Below, in pieces: positions 53,877-64,000 of a stretch of 64,000 nucleotides of DNA. The stretch comes from an uncultured cyanobacterium (GTDB taxonomy: Bacteria; Cyanobacteriota; Cyanobacteriia; CAKZMO01): contig CAVRCJ010000006.1 of assembly GCA_963719515.1 (NCBI GenBank), forward strand, positions 288,001 through 352,000. The letters are read 5' to 3'. The notes beneath the pieces were generated by a model. The model was not told the DNA's origin, did no database searches, and saw only the letters and a program-made list of their open reading frames with translations. The position numbers were made by a program, and so were the translations under genes. The stretch's first letter is position 1; the number at the start of each line of letters is the position of its first letter.

Positions 53877-55274
53877 ATGACCGAACTCTCTCTTCCTCCA
53901 GCCATAGGGCGCTACTTCAAGCAGCAGGTGTCTCTACTGGCCGACCTGCGCCTCGCCATTGGGCTACTGCTGGCGATCGCCCTGTTCAGTATTGTGGGCA
54001 CCGTCATGGAGCAGGGGGAAACCGTCGCTTTTTACCAGGCCAACTACCCTGAAGAGCCAGCCCTGTTTGGCTTCTTAACCTGGCGAGTGATCCTGCAGTT
54101 TGGGCTCAACCACACTTACCAAACCTGGTGGTTTCTCGCTCTGCTGATTTTGTTTGGTGCTAGCCTAACCGCCTGCACCTTTACCCGCCAAGTTCCGGCA
54201 CTTAAAGCCGCCCGCCGCTGGAAGTTTTACCAGCAGTCCAGAGAGTTTCAGAAGCTAGCCCTTAGCGCCGAGATGGCTATCCCCACCGAAGGGTTAGACC
54301 GCGTTGAGGCGCTGCTGCTGAAGCGCCGCTACCGCATTTTCAAGGAAGGCAACAGCCTCTATGCCCGCAAAGGCATCGCAGGCCGAATCGGCCCGATTGT
54401 AGTGCATGCCAGCATGCTCATTATTCTCGCGGGGTCGATTCTGGGGTCAATGACGGGCTTTTTTGCCCAGGAAATGGTCCCTAGCGGCAACACCTTCCAG
54501 GTAAAAAACGTCTTCGAGGCTGGCCCCTGGGCAAAAAACCTGTTGCCTACCGATTGGGCCGTGCGGGTCAACCGCTTTTGGATTGACTACACGCCGGAGG
54601 GGGCAGTAGACCAGTTCTACTCTGACCTGACGGTGGTTGACGCCGACGGCGAGCCGCTTCACCACAAGGTCATCCACGTCAATGAGCCCATGCGCTACCA
54701 GGGCATCACTTTTTATCAAGCCGACTGGAGTATTGCGGGAGTAGAGGTGCGGGTCAACAGAAGCCCAACCCTGCAGCTGCCCATGGCATCCCTAGAGGCC
54801 GGCAGCGGCAAAATTTGGGGTACCTGGATTCCCACTAAGCCGGATCTAAGTGATGCGGTGGCGGTGGTGGCCAAAGATCTAAAGGGGACGCTGTTTCTCT
54901 ACGGCACGGACGGCGAGCTGTTGGGCAGCATTCGCGAGGGCATGTCTACTCAGGTAAACGGCGTCACGCTATACCTCGACCGAGTAGTGGGCAGCACGGG
55001 ACTGCAGATCAAAGCGGATCCGGGCATTCCGGTGGTGTATGCCGGGTTCGGCCTGCTGATGATCGGGGTGATCATGAGCTATGTCTCTCACTCTCAAGTG
55101 TGGGTACTGCGTGCGGAAGACGAGCTGTACGTCGGGGGACGGACAAACCGGGCTCAGGTGACCTTCGAGCGTGAGATTGTAGAAATTCTCGACCAGCTAT
55201 CAGGAGAGTCAGGCTCCGAGGGCAATCATGCTGAAGCGACTGAAGCGCGATCGCAGGAGCCGGCGCTGAACTAG
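53877..55274 (+). CDS. ccs1: Cytochrome c biogenesis protein Ccs1/CcsB (ResB family)
   Basis: DLRLAI, CTF..Q, VVH, VNEP, DPGIP.VY. Confidence 0.93.
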   Translation: MTELSLPPAIGRYFKQQVSLLADLRLAIGLLLAIALFSIVGTVMEQGETVAFYQANYPEEPALFGFLTWRVILQFGLNHTYQTWWFLALLILFGASLTACTFTRQVPALKAARRWKFYQQSREFQKLALSAEMAIPTEGLDRVEALLLKRRYRIFKEGNSLYARKGIAGRIGPIVVHASMLIILAGSILGSMTGFFAQEMVPSGNTFQVKNVFEAGPWAKNLLPTDWAVRVNRFWIDYTPEGAVDQFYSDLTVVDADGEPLHHKVIHVNEPMRYQGITFYQADWSIAGVEVRVNRSPTLQLPMASLEAGSGKIWGTWIPTKPDLSDAVAVVAKDLKGTLFLYGTDGELLGSIREGMSTQVNGVTLYLDRVVGSTGLQIKADPGIPVVYAGFGLLMIGVIMSYVSHSQVWVLRAEDELYVGGRTNRAQVTFEREIVEILDQLSGESGSEGNHAEATEARSQEPALN

Positions 55275-55459
55275 TTCAGGTGAGCTACGCTAGTTTAGGC
55301 AAGTTTATCGTTCGTTACAAACAAACCTGAAGTAGATCCTGAAGTAACCTCAACTTTTCAGGATTTTTTCTGCTGCCCTGCGCCGCGATACTGAATTTAA
55401 GACAGCAAGGCACCGCTTACAGCAGCGTGCAACCTCCCAACCCCCAGGAGAATTTAATC

Positions 55460-55633
55460 ATGGTTGCTACTCCGAATAGACTATTTTCTGCTTCCCCTTC
55501 AACAATCTCCCCGCCTCCCCTCAAGACATCGGCTAAAGCGCCTCAGCCCCAGCAAAACCGCTACAGACTGACCGCCCGTTGGGTCTCAGAAGACGGCAAA
55601 TTAGTCTGCAGGTGGCTCCCAACAATCCAGTAG
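55460..55633 (+). CDS. Small hypothetical protein (57 aa)
   Basis: aggag RBS at 55446-55450; C-terminal LTARW..EDGKLVCRW motif. Confidence 0.65.
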   Translation: MVATPNRLFSASPSTISPPPLKTSAKAPQPQQNRYRLTARWVSEDGKLVCRWLPTIQ

Positions 55634-55770
55634 CGGACAGCGAATTTTAGGTAAGGCCAACAGAATCTCTTTGCCCCCTCAAAGCGAAGCAGCGTTGGCC
55701 CTTACCTAAGCCAGACGAGACATACCCAACCTCTTGATCCCCTGACCTCACCGTTAAGAAGGTCGCAACA

Positions 55771-56022
55771 ATGGCATTCCCTGAATCTGAATCCCCCGTA
55801 GCCTCTCTCGGTCTTATGCCCCAAAACAACGATCGTGCGTGCCCCACCCCACCAGAGGCACCGGCTGAAGCTGAGAGGAAAACCAATGCCGTCTACCTCC
55901 TCGCCCCAATTATCGCAGTGGTCTTGATCTATCTCGGCAGCGCTATGCTGATCACGGCAATTATTGACTTCAATCACTCGACTTTGATTGATGCCCCAGC
56001 TCAAATTGAGCGTCAGCGGTGA
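55771..56022 (+). CDS. Small single-TM hypothetical protein
   Basis: 83 aa with one hydrophobic helix; aagaagg upstream. Confidence 0.5.
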   Translation: MAFPESESPVASLGLMPQNNDRACPTPPEAPAEAERKTNAVYLLAPIIAVVLIYLGSAMLITAIIDFNHSTLIDAPAQIERQR

Positions 56023-57221
56023 GCCGGCGCGGCGGCATCTGAATTTTGAGCTGGGGCCTGTAAGAATGCTACTATCTTGCGAGCTGCGGCTTCTAAAACC
56101 TCAGGCGGATGCACCAGCGCTAGGCGAATGTAGCCTTCTCCATAAACGCCAAATCCCGCACCGGGAGACGCCGCCACGCCGGTTGCTTTCACTAGCTCCG
56201 TGCAAAAGCGGACCGAGTCTTGGGTCCAGGGCGAGGGAAGTTTGGCCCAGATATACATCGTCGCGACCGGTATTTCGACGCTCCAGCCCAGTGACTTTAG
56301 GGTTTGCACTAAAGCATCTCGCCGCTGCCGAAAGGTATCGGACCCTGCCTTGACCGAAGCCGACGGTCCCTCTAGAGCGGCGATCGCCCCATTCAAAATG
56401 CCGCGATACTGATTGAAGTCCACCGCTGCCTTCACCTGCCTCAGGGCGCGAATCAGCTCGGCGTTACCGATGGCGTAGCCTACGCGAAAGCCCCCCATGT
56501 TGTAGGACTTAGACATGGAGAAAAACTCGATGGAGACCGCTTTTTCTGGGTCAGCCTGCAGAACCGACGGCGCAACTACATCGTCAAACACGATATCCGG
56601 GTAGGGAAAGTCGTGGACCAGTACCAGGTTATGCCGCTGGCAAAAGGCTACGGCCTTTTCAAAGAAAGACAGCGGCGCGATCGCCGTCGTGGGGTTGTGG
56701 GGATAGCTGAGCACCATCATTCGAGACAGGGCAAGCACCTCACCGGGAATATCTTCCAGCACCGGCAGAAAGTCGTTCTCCGCCAGTAGAGGCATCGTAT
56801 GGATACGCCCATTTGCGAGATGGACCCCACCCGCGTGGGAGGGATAGCCCGGATCGAGCAGCAGCGCCACATCTCCGGGATTGAGCACCGCTAAGGGCAG
56901 ATGGGCGGTCCCCTCCTGAGAGCCAATTAGCGCCAGCACCTCTGTCTCCACATCGACCGCCACGCCGAACTTACGCTGATACCACTTCGCCGCCGCCCGC
57001 CGAAAGGGCTGGGTGCCGTGGTGGAGCAGGTAGCCGTGGGTAGCCGCATCGGGCAACGACTGGGCAATTGCCTCCAAAACATGGGGCGGGGTAGGCAGGT
57101 CAGAGGAGCCTAAAGACAGATCAATTACGTCTTGCCCCATAGCCCGTGCTTCGGCTTTGGCCTGGTCCATGTCGGCAAAGACGTTCCGCTGAAGCGGCTT
57201 CAGACGCTCCGAAAATTGCAT
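56013..57221 (-). CDS. Class I/II PLP aminotransferase (LL-diaminopimelate aminotransferase-like annotation group)
   Basis: GSQEG, YPHNPT, DFPY, SMSKSYNMGGFRVG. Confidence 0.9.
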   Translation of the reverse strand: MQFSERLKPLQRNVFADMDQAKAEARAMGQDVIDLSLGSSDLPTPPHVLEAIAQSLPDAATHGYLLHHGTQPFRRAAAKWYQRKFGVAVDVETEVLALIGSQEGTAHLPLAVLNPGDVALLLDPGYPSHAGGVHLANGRIHTMPLLAENDFLPVLEDIPGEVLALSRMMVLSYPHNPTTAIAPLSFFEKAVAFCQRHNLVLVHDFPYPDIVFDDVVAPSVLQADPEKAVSIEFFSMSKSYNMGGFRVGYAIGNAELIRALRQVKAAVDFNQYRGILNGAIAALEGPSASVKAGSDTFRQRRDALVQTLKSLGWSVEIPVATMYIWAKLPSPWTQDSVRFCTELVKATGVAASPGAGFGVYGEGYIRLALVHPPEVLEAAARKIVAFLQAPAQNSDAAAPAHR

Positions 57222-57317
57222 ATTTTCTCCCCTTTAAAAAGCGATCGACTTTACCTACCGGGACTTATCGGAACCAGCGGGGGCAGGCATCCCCACGCCC
57301 TATCACTCAATAGACCA

Positions 57318-57653
57318 TTAGGCCGTAGCCGACAGATGGCCATCCAAAAAGCTCGTCAGCCGGTCCTTGGTGACTGCCCCCTCTATGCCTTCTACCTTCT
57401 CCCCCCCGCGAAATAGCATCATCGCCGGGACGCCCTCTACGCCGCAGGTCGCTACAGACTCAGGGTTGGGGTCCACCTCCATCTTGGCTATCTTCAAAGC
57501 GTCATAGCGATCGCTAATGCCGTTCATCACCGGGCCCATCAATCTGCAAGGGCCACACCAGGGAGCCCAGAAATAGACCAACACGGGCTGCTGATGGCTC
57601 GCATCAACCACCTCTTGCTGAAACTGAGGATCGGTAATTTCGGTGACGGCCAT
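57318..57653 (-). CDS. Thioredoxin
   Basis: WAPWCGPC; start taken at MAVTEI. Confidence 0.95.
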   Translation of the reverse strand: MAVTEITDPQFQQEVVDASHQQPVLVYFWAPWCGPCRLMGPVMNGISDRYDALKIAKMEVDPNPESVATCGVEGVPAMMLFRGGEKVEGIEGAVTKDRLTSFLDGHLSATA

Positions 57654-57728
57654 AGTTATATCCTTGCTATTCATCGCATCGCTATATTACTTCTAGATTA
57701 GCGGGATTTGGGGTCTGCAGCGCATGCG

Positions 57729-58559
57729 CTAAGGTCGCCAAGGGTAGTCGCTGAAATCAGGAGGACGCTTTTCTAGGAAAGCCTGCTTTCCCTCTCGGCC
57801 TTCCTCCGTCATGTAGTAGAGCAACGTCGCATTGCCTGCTAGCTCCTGTAACCCAGCTTGTCCGTCACAGTCGGCGTTGAAAGCAGACTTGAGGCAGCGA
57901 ATGGCAATGGGGCTTTTCTGCAAGATTTCCGCCGCCCAAGCGACTCCTTCAGCCTCTAGCTGGTCTACCGGTACGACGGCGTTTACCAGACCCATCTGTA
58001 GCGCGTCTTGAGCGCTGTACTGACGACACAAAAACCAAATCTCCCGCGCCTTTTTCTGCCCCACGCTACGGGCTAGGTAGCTCGCCCCAAAGCCACCGTC
58101 AAAAGAGCCCACTTTCGGCCCGGTTTGGCCAAACCGGGCGTTGTCTGCAGCAATGGTGAGGTCGCAGACGACGTGAAGGACGTGACCACCGCCAATAGCG
58201 TAGCCCGCGACGAGGGCAATCACAACTTTGGGCATGGAGCGGATCAAACGCTGCAGGTCCAAAACGTTCAGCCGGGGAACACCTTGGTCATCGAGATAGC
58301 CCGCCTCGCCGCGGACGCTTTGATCGCCGCCCGCACAGAAGGCATATTTGCCGTCGGTGTGAGGGCCTGCACCGGTGAGCAGGACAACACCAATGCGCGG
58401 ATCCTCGCGGGCGTCGAGGAAAGCGCTGTACATTTCGGAGACGGTTTTAGGGCGAAAGGCGTTGCGCTTGTGGGGGCGATTGATTGTGATTTTGGCGATG
58501 CCGCCGGCTTTGTGGTAGTAGATGTCGTCGTAGTCGGTTACGGTTTGCCATGTCACCAT
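57729..58559 (-). CDS. menB: 1,4-dihydroxy-2-naphthoyl-CoA synthase
   Basis: [30 protein letters not shown]. Confidence 0.97.
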   Translation of the reverse strand: MVTWQTVTDYDDIYYHKAGGIAKITINRPHKRNAFRPKTVSEMYSAFLDAREDPRIGVVLLTGAGPHTDGKYAFCAGGDQSVRGEAGYLDDQGVPRLNVLDLQRLIRSMPKVVIALVAGYAIGGGHVLHVVCDLTIAADNARFGQTGPKVGSFDGGFGASYLARSVGQKKAREIWFLCRQYSAQDALQMGLVNAVVPVDQLEAEGVAWAAEILQKSPIAIRCLKSAFNADCDGQAGLQELAGNATLLYYMTEEGREGKQAFLEKRPPDFSDYPWRP

Positions 58560-58621
58560 GGGGGTTGAGCCTGAATTCAGCTTCACTATTATGGCGAGTT
58601 GCGGGGCTTAGGGCGATCTTC

Positions 58622-61480
58622 CTAGCGCGATCGCTGAATAATTTCCGGGAGGATAACGCCCACTTGGTTGTTAAAGACCTCCATATTGTTGCGGTCTTTG
58701 TCGTCAAAGCTCGCCCTGAAAACTTCAGGAACATCGGGCCAAGCGTCCGAATTGTAGAGGTCGAAGCAATTGGGCAATCGCTTATTGAGAAGCTGCGTCA
58801 CCCCTAGCAGCTCGCCGTCGGTGCTTAAAATAGGTAGGCACAGCAGGCTACAGGTGCGGTATCGCGTCTTCTGATCAGTTTCGCGCGCTCGCGCCGACTG
58901 AGAATGATCGTAGAGATCAAAGGGAATATTGACGCCTCGCTGGGTTTCGGCCACGAAACCCACAAACCCCTCACCCACAGGAATGCTGGTTTCCATCCAG
59001 GCTCCCCCCTCCTGCTGAATTCGGGTCCACAGGCTCTGCTTATCGGCGTTGAGGAGCCATAGGGACGTACGGTCGGCATTGGTCAGATTTTTGAGGGCTT
59101 TCATCACGTTTTGAATCAGCTCTTCCGCATTGCCGCTGCTCTGACTGACAAAGCTGATAGCTCGGTAAAGCGGGTCGAGTTCCCGCCGCTGCTCTCGAAT
59201 CGTGAGAATCTCTTGGTGGAATGAGCGGAACGCCTGTAGCACCGGCAGGAGATTGTCGGTAGACTGCTGCAGGAGCGACGCATCGGCCTGGCTAAACCCA
59301 GCTGAGTTGACGGTGCGAGCAATCTGAAGGTCGAAGCTAGGTTCAAGTTTGTCAAAACTACGCACCACCGCAATCACGTTGCCCTCGTGATCAACAATCG
59401 GGAACAGCGCCAGGCTTTGAAAGCGGTTAAGCCGTTTGATGCTGATGCCTTTACAGACCAGTGGGTCGCGGAAACGGTGGGGCTGTGAGGCCACCTGGAC
59501 AGCTCTGGAGTCCGCAATTTTCCGCGCGATTCCCAGGGTCGAAGAGACGCGAAACTCGCTGGCGTTCATATCCCCTTCTTCAATACTTAGGGACCAAAAA
59601 TCGGTGCCGTCGAGGTTGAGCAAAAAGACCGTTGTGTGGGCCGCGAGCAGCTGCTTGCTAACGGACTGGCTGATAAAGTTCAGCATGTTGTAGAGGGCAT
59701 TGTAAAGCGCCTCTTCGTTTTGGTCAGTCACCGCATTGCTGAGGACGGCTAAGGCATTATAAATAGCCTCTTTGGGCCTAGCCTGAGAGAGATACTTAAG
59801 CGTTTCGTGACTTTTAACAAACTGAAGAATTACCCCTACCCGCTGGTTAAACAACTGCATCGCCTGCTGGTCGTTTTTATCAAAGCTGGTTTTGAAGTGA
59901 TCGGGGACGTTGGGCCAATCTTCTTTGCGGTAGGGGGGATGGTCGCCGGGTTTACGCTTGTTGATCAGCTGGGTGACCCCAATGAGCTCCCCATCGGGGC
60001 TCAGAATAGGCATGCACAGCAGGCTACAGGATCGGTAGCGGGTTTGCTGGTCGGTGTACTTAGCGTTACCGGCGCTGGGATGCGTGTAGAGATCGTAAGG
60101 GATGTTGATGGCCTCGCGATTATGGGCCACCGTCCCCGCAAAACCAACGCCAATGGCGCAGCGCACTTCTCCTTTGCCCGGAATCTCGGTCCACAGGTCA
60201 CCGCGATCGCGGTCAACCAGCCATAGGGTACTGCGGTCAGCGTTCATCAGCTTCTTCGCCGAGTCCATCACCCGCTGCAAAATAGCCTTAGTGTCAAGGC
60301 TGATCTGATCGATGGAGCTAGTGGCCTCCATCAAAGCCGCCGTGGCCCGCAGCTTCTTGATCACCGCGTAGCACGACTGACAGCTCTCTAAAATGCGGCG
60401 AATGGGTACGAGGCACTTGGAAAGCCGCTCTAAATCTAGGCGAGTAAACCCACGAGGGGCAATAGTCGCAGCGCTATTGTAGGCGGTCTGCAGCTTATTG
60501 AGCACCTGAATCACCGCCACGACCTCCTTGGCTCTATTGAGAATGGGGAGGGCCAAGATGTTGTGGGTGCGATATTGGTAGGCCTGGTCGTAGACCTTGA
60601 CGCGGTCGGCGCGGGAGTCGTCGTAAAGGTGATTAGGGATATGAATAGGTATCTTGGTTTGGGCTACCCGGCCGGCGATGCCTTCTCCCATCTGTAGCTG
60701 GATGTCTAGAAATTCTCCCTGGTCATTTTCGGCCACCAGCGAGCACAGCTCGCTCCCCTCATCGCTCACTAAAAAGATGCTCACTCGGTCGGCGCTCAGC
60801 AGAGCTCCAATCTTCGCGGCCACGTCCCGTAGGGTTTTGTAGAGAATGCGGGCCGAGGCCTGATCATCTGCCTCGCTGTCGATACTCGATAGAATTTGCA
60901 CTTGCGAAATCAGCAGCTTACGCTCTAGCTGCAGCAGCAGCTTGCGAAACTCAGATTCACTCGCCTCTAGGCCAGAGTGCAGCTTCTTGAGCACGCTACC
61001 CACCCAGTCCACATTGAATATAGTGGCGTAGATGCGGTTGTGAATGGTGAGCACTTCGCCCTGCTGTTGCGCTAACCCAAGACGCTGCAGTTCCTTATGT
61101 TCATGGGAGTTGGCGATTGCCACTTCACCCTGCTGCACCACAGTGCGATAGAGCTTGAGCAGCTTGACGTGGCTAGGGCGGGGGCGCACGAGATAGTCAC
61201 GGATGTCGCGAATAAACTCCAGCTCGGGGCTTTTTTCCCAAACCCGAATGACGCGATAGTGAATAAATTGCTCCACCCACGCCGCCTCAGAACCGGCGGA
61301 CGGGGCCTCTTTTCCCTTGAGTAGCAGTTCACACAGCTGCCGCGTGAGAATGGGCTGTCCCCCCGTCCAAACCAGCAGCGCGTTCCCAAGAGCAAGGTGG
61401 TTGGGGAACCTCTCCGCAAAGTCTGGGGGAATGAGGGTACTGCGATCGGACGATATGGGCTGAAGCTTAATGGCAGACAT
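58622..61480 (-). CDS. Multi-GAF protein with an N-terminal helical domain resembling the C-terminus of cyanobacterial AAA-like ATPases
   Basis: WTGGQP.LT..LC...NRIY..IF...WV followed by four GAF-like units (GEGIAG, Y.T...L..PI, NK...F...D). Confidence 0.8.
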   Translation of the reverse strand: MSAIKLQPISSDRSTLIPPDFAERFPNHLALGNALLVWTGGQPILTRQLCELLLKGKEAPSAGSEAAWVEQFIHYRVIRVWEKSPELEFIRDIRDYLVRPRPSHVKLLKLYRTVVQQGEVAIANSHEHKELQRLGLAQQQGEVLTIHNRIYATIFNVDWVGSVLKKLHSGLEASESEFRKLLLQLERKLLISQVQILSSIDSEADDQASARILYKTLRDVAAKIGALLSADRVSIFLVSDEGSELCSLVAENDQGEFLDIQLQMGEGIAGRVAQTKIPIHIPNHLYDDSRADRVKVYDQAYQYRTHNILALPILNRAKEVVAVIQVLNKLQTAYNSAATIAPRGFTRLDLERLSKCLVPIRRILESCQSCYAVIKKLRATAALMEATSSIDQISLDTKAILQRVMDSAKKLMNADRSTLWLVDRDRGDLWTEIPGKGEVRCAIGVGFAGTVAHNREAINIPYDLYTHPSAGNAKYTDQQTRYRSCSLLCMPILSPDGELIGVTQLINKRKPGDHPPYRKEDWPNVPDHFKTSFDKNDQQAMQLFNQRVGVILQFVKSHETLKYLSQARPKEAIYNALAVLSNAVTDQNEEALYNALYNMLNFISQSVSKQLLAAHTTVFLLNLDGTDFWSLSIEEGDMNASEFRVSSTLGIARKIADSRAVQVASQPHRFRDPLVCKGISIKRLNRFQSLALFPIVDHEGNVIAVVRSFDKLEPSFDLQIARTVNSAGFSQADASLLQQSTDNLLPVLQAFRSFHQEILTIREQRRELDPLYRAISFVSQSSGNAEELIQNVMKALKNLTNADRTSLWLLNADKQSLWTRIQQEGGAWMETSIPVGEGFVGFVAETQRGVNIPFDLYDHSQSARARETDQKTRYRTCSLLCLPILSTDGELLGVTQLLNKRLPNCFDLYNSDAWPDVPEVFRASFDDKDRNNMEVFNNQVGVILPEIIQRSR

Positions 61481-61566
61481 AGATCACGTCCCCACTGGTG
61501 ACGGAAGGCTCGGTCGCCGGTAAATCCGCGACGGGAGTAATGACCTATTATGACATTCACCTTGAC

Positions 61567-63195
61567 TCAAATAACACCATTCCAAGCAACACGGGGCTTG
61601 GCCAGCACGGGCGAGTAGGGCAAATTCGCGGGGCCGACCTGAGTCTCTTGGTCTAGCACATGCACCACCTGATTATGAATCGCCTCGGCCTGCTCGGGAG
61701 AGTTGCCGATGCTGGTGAGCCCCAGCTTGCCGAACTCACTTAGGCACCCCATGAGGTGAAACGCAGTGCCGGTTTCCGTGGCGCTGTTGAAGTGTAGTCG
61801 GTGATGGGCAATGATTTCCATCAGGTCGCTGGGCAGCAGGCCGCGGTAGGAGGACTTTTGCAGATTGTCTGAAGCAATGTAGTACTTGGGGTTGCCCTCT
61901 TGGTCAAAAAACATGCCGGTGCCCGGATCGTAATGTCCATTGGTCAACAGCTTCATGGTCATAAAGGGGTGCGTCGTTCCCCCTTTTCGCAGGTTTACCT
62001 CAATCGCCTGCAGCTCCCAGCTGGCGGCAGCGCTGGCGGGGCCGGGCTGCCGGGCGGCAATCACATCCACGCTGTAGCGCTCCACCGCGCCCTTGGCGGC
62101 CAGACACTGACCGACTCGATAGCCCCACTCCTGCAGCGGCTGCCGGTAGGCGGCGTCGGCAGGAAAGCGGCACCCCAGAAAAATTTGGCCGTCGGGGCCG
62201 CCTAAAATCTGGTCATGGGTGGAGAGAATTTCCACCTTCCCCGAAGGGGTGACGCGCCCTTGGACGCTGGGCGATCGCTTTTCTTCTCCCTCAATAAAGG
62301 CCTCCGCTATAGCCCCTAGCTCCGCAACCCGCCTGCTGAAGGTAGTCCAGGTCTCCGATGGCGCTTGAAAGCTCAGGTGGTGAAACTGCTGGGCGATCGC
62401 CGCCACTCTATCGGTATGGGAGGCGCTTTTTGGGGTAACGGAGGTCAGCGGGGACAGGTCTAAAATAGCGTTGCCCTCCCCTGAGAAGCCCTCATTGAGC
62501 TTAATCACAATCCGCTTTAGGTGGGGCTGACGCTCCCAAAGCTCGGCAGTTACCTCAGCCAGGTCATCTGCGCTATGCACGAGCTGACTGCCGTCGGGGT
62601 GGGGGATGTTGCAGTCGGCGAAGATTTCGCGACTGCCCGCCTTAGTGCCCCAATGCAGCAGATCGGGGGTCAGCCCTAGCAGCGGAACTTCGAGCTGCAG
62701 CGCCAGCTCCTGCTCGAAGTGGGTAGAGTTGTAGCAGGTCATGTACGACTTGCCGGGCCGTAAAAACTGCCGGATACGCTCCACTAAACGCGGGCGCTCT
62801 AAGATCTTTTCCGTGAGGCACTTGAGAGAAGCGTCGTAGGTGCTCAGCATCAGAAGGCGATCGCGAGCCTGGGAGATGGGGACGCCGGGCAGCAGCTGTA
62901 GGTAGTAGTCAACGACATTGGGGTGAATCGGCTGAGAGGTGATGTAGATGAGGCGCGTTTGGGGATTGCGCAGACGGATAAACGAAAACAGCAGCCGCTC
63001 CTCGTAATGGTGAAACCCCTTAATTTTCTCTAGCTCCCGCTGATCTAAGCTGAGAGAGGGCACCACCAAAATATCGTAGGCGCTGCGATCGAAGTCATCA
63101 ATGGGCTGCCAGCAGTCCCGCAGCTGGGCCTGAAGCTGCTCAAATCGCTCAGCGCCATTAGCTTTTGCGTGCTGAGCCGAGGAAGAAGAGGACAT
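61567..63195 (-). CDS. Peptide ligase PGM1-related ATP-grasp protein
   Basis: YEERLLF, KLNEGFSGEGNA, SPSVQ, IEVNLRKGGTTHP; start uncertain (63195 or 63234). Confidence 0.85.
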   Translation of the reverse strand: MSSSSSAQHAKANGAERFEQLQAQLRDCWQPIDDFDRSAYDILVVPSLSLDQRELEKIKGFHHYEERLLFSFIRLRNPQTRLIYITSQPIHPNVVDYYLQLLPGVPISQARDRLLMLSTYDASLKCLTEKILERPRLVERIRQFLRPGKSYMTCYNSTHFEQELALQLEVPLLGLTPDLLHWGTKAGSREIFADCNIPHPDGSQLVHSADDLAEVTAELWERQPHLKRIVIKLNEGFSGEGNAILDLSPLTSVTPKSASHTDRVAAIAQQFHHLSFQAPSETWTTFSRRVAELGAIAEAFIEGEEKRSPSVQGRVTPSGKVEILSTHDQILGGPDGQIFLGCRFPADAAYRQPLQEWGYRVGQCLAAKGAVERYSVDVIAARQPGPASAAASWELQAIEVNLRKGGTTHPFMTMKLLTNGHYDPGTGMFFDQEGNPKYYIASDNLQKSSYRGLLPSDLMEIIAHHRLHFNSATETGTAFHLMGCLSEFGKLGLTSIGNSPEQAEAIHNQVVHVLDQETQVGPANLPYSPVLAKPRVAWNGVI

Positions 63196-63275
63196 GGGAC
63201 AGCTCCAAGTAAAGCATTCAAGATCGGCAGGCAAAACAGTGGCCAGCGTCAGCCTACCAAAACCGCCGCTGGCTT

Positions 63276-64000
63276 CTAATGAGAGGACACCACCTCACAA
63301 GATGATACGGGGGATACCCCCGCCAGGTCCAGAATCTGGGGGATCAAATCCTCTCGTCGCACCGCCATCATGTGCACCCCCTGACAAATCTGACGGGCAG
63401 CCTTCACCTGCTCGGCGGCAATGCGCATGCCCTCTTCTAGCGGCGCTTTGGCTCGCTCTAAGCGCTCAATGGTTTCCTCCGGGATCTGTACCCCCGGAAC
63501 GCAGCGATTGATAAAGCGGGCATTTTTGGCTGACTTAAGCAGAAAAATGCCCGCAAGTACGGGCTTATCGCTTCCTGCTACCACCTGGGTCATAAAAGCA
63601 TCGAGGCGCTCAAAGTCCGACACCAGCTGACTTTGAAAAAACTCAGCGCCAGCCTCTAGCTTGCGCTCAAAGCGGCGCTGTAGGCCAGACCAGCTCGGAC
63701 ATTGGGGATCGACAGCCGCCCCGGCAAACAGGGTGGTGGCTCCGTCGGTGAGCGGCTTGTCGTTATCGTCAAGGCCATGGTTCAGGCGTTCAATCAGCGC
63801 CAGCAGCCGCACCGACTCCAGGTCAAAGACGCTCTTCGCCTTGGGGTGATCTCCTGCCTTCACCGGGTCGCCCGTCAGGGCCAGCACGTTGCGGATGCCC
63901 AGCGCCTGCGCCCCCATCAGGTCGGCCTGCAAGGCAATGCGGTTGCGATCGCGGCAGGCAACCTGATAGATGGGCTCGATACCAGCCTGCTGCAGTAGAG
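63276..64000 (-). CDS. metF: Methylenetetrahydrofolate reductase, 5' end outside the window
   Basis: CRDRNRIALQADL, LALTGDP, K..AGA.FFQSQ, GVHMM. Confidence 0.92.
   Translation of the reverse strand, partial: LLQQAGIEPIYQVACRDRNRIALQADLMGAQALGIRNVLALTGDPVKAGDHPKAKSVFDLESVRLLALIERLNHGLDDNDKPLTDGATTLFAGAAVDPQCPSWSGLQRRFERKLEAGAEFFQSQLVSDFERLDAFMTQVVAGSDKPVLAGIFLLKSAKNARFINRCVPGVQIPEETIERLERAKAPLEEGMRIAAEQVKAARQICQGVHMMAVRREDLIPQILDLAGVSPVSSCEVVSSH

Overview
Cyanobacterial chromosomal window: the HIP1 octamer GCGATCGC is abundant and phycobilisome and ATP synthase operons are present. Core regions carry a TamB-like gene, ilvC, dps, a clpR/clpR-like/clpP trio, rbp, thiE, the atp operon, apcEABC, ftsW, ccdA/ccs1, an aminotransferase, a thioredoxin, menB, a multi-GAF protein, a PGM1-like ligase and metF. 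An accessory island at about 20.4-40.3 kb holds a CDF transporter, an SGNH/DltD-like gene, a frameshifted MBOAT with a C-terminal FIYFQF motif, a SAM methyltransferase and a frameshifted NRPS-PKS hybrid (partial C-A-MT-T-KS-AT-DH-ER-KR-ACP-TE). It also holds a 215-aa ORF whose motif order resembles a bacterial gasdermin pore domain, but with no cysteine, no C-terminal inhibitory tail and no neighbouring protease. The island ends with a truncated gene, a 546-bp transposase-less IS608-type element carrying a 44-aa ribbon-helix-helix ORF and a stem-rich non-coding segment, and a translationally coupled zinc-ribbon/membrane protein pair. All family calls come from motif recognition by eye; no database search was run.
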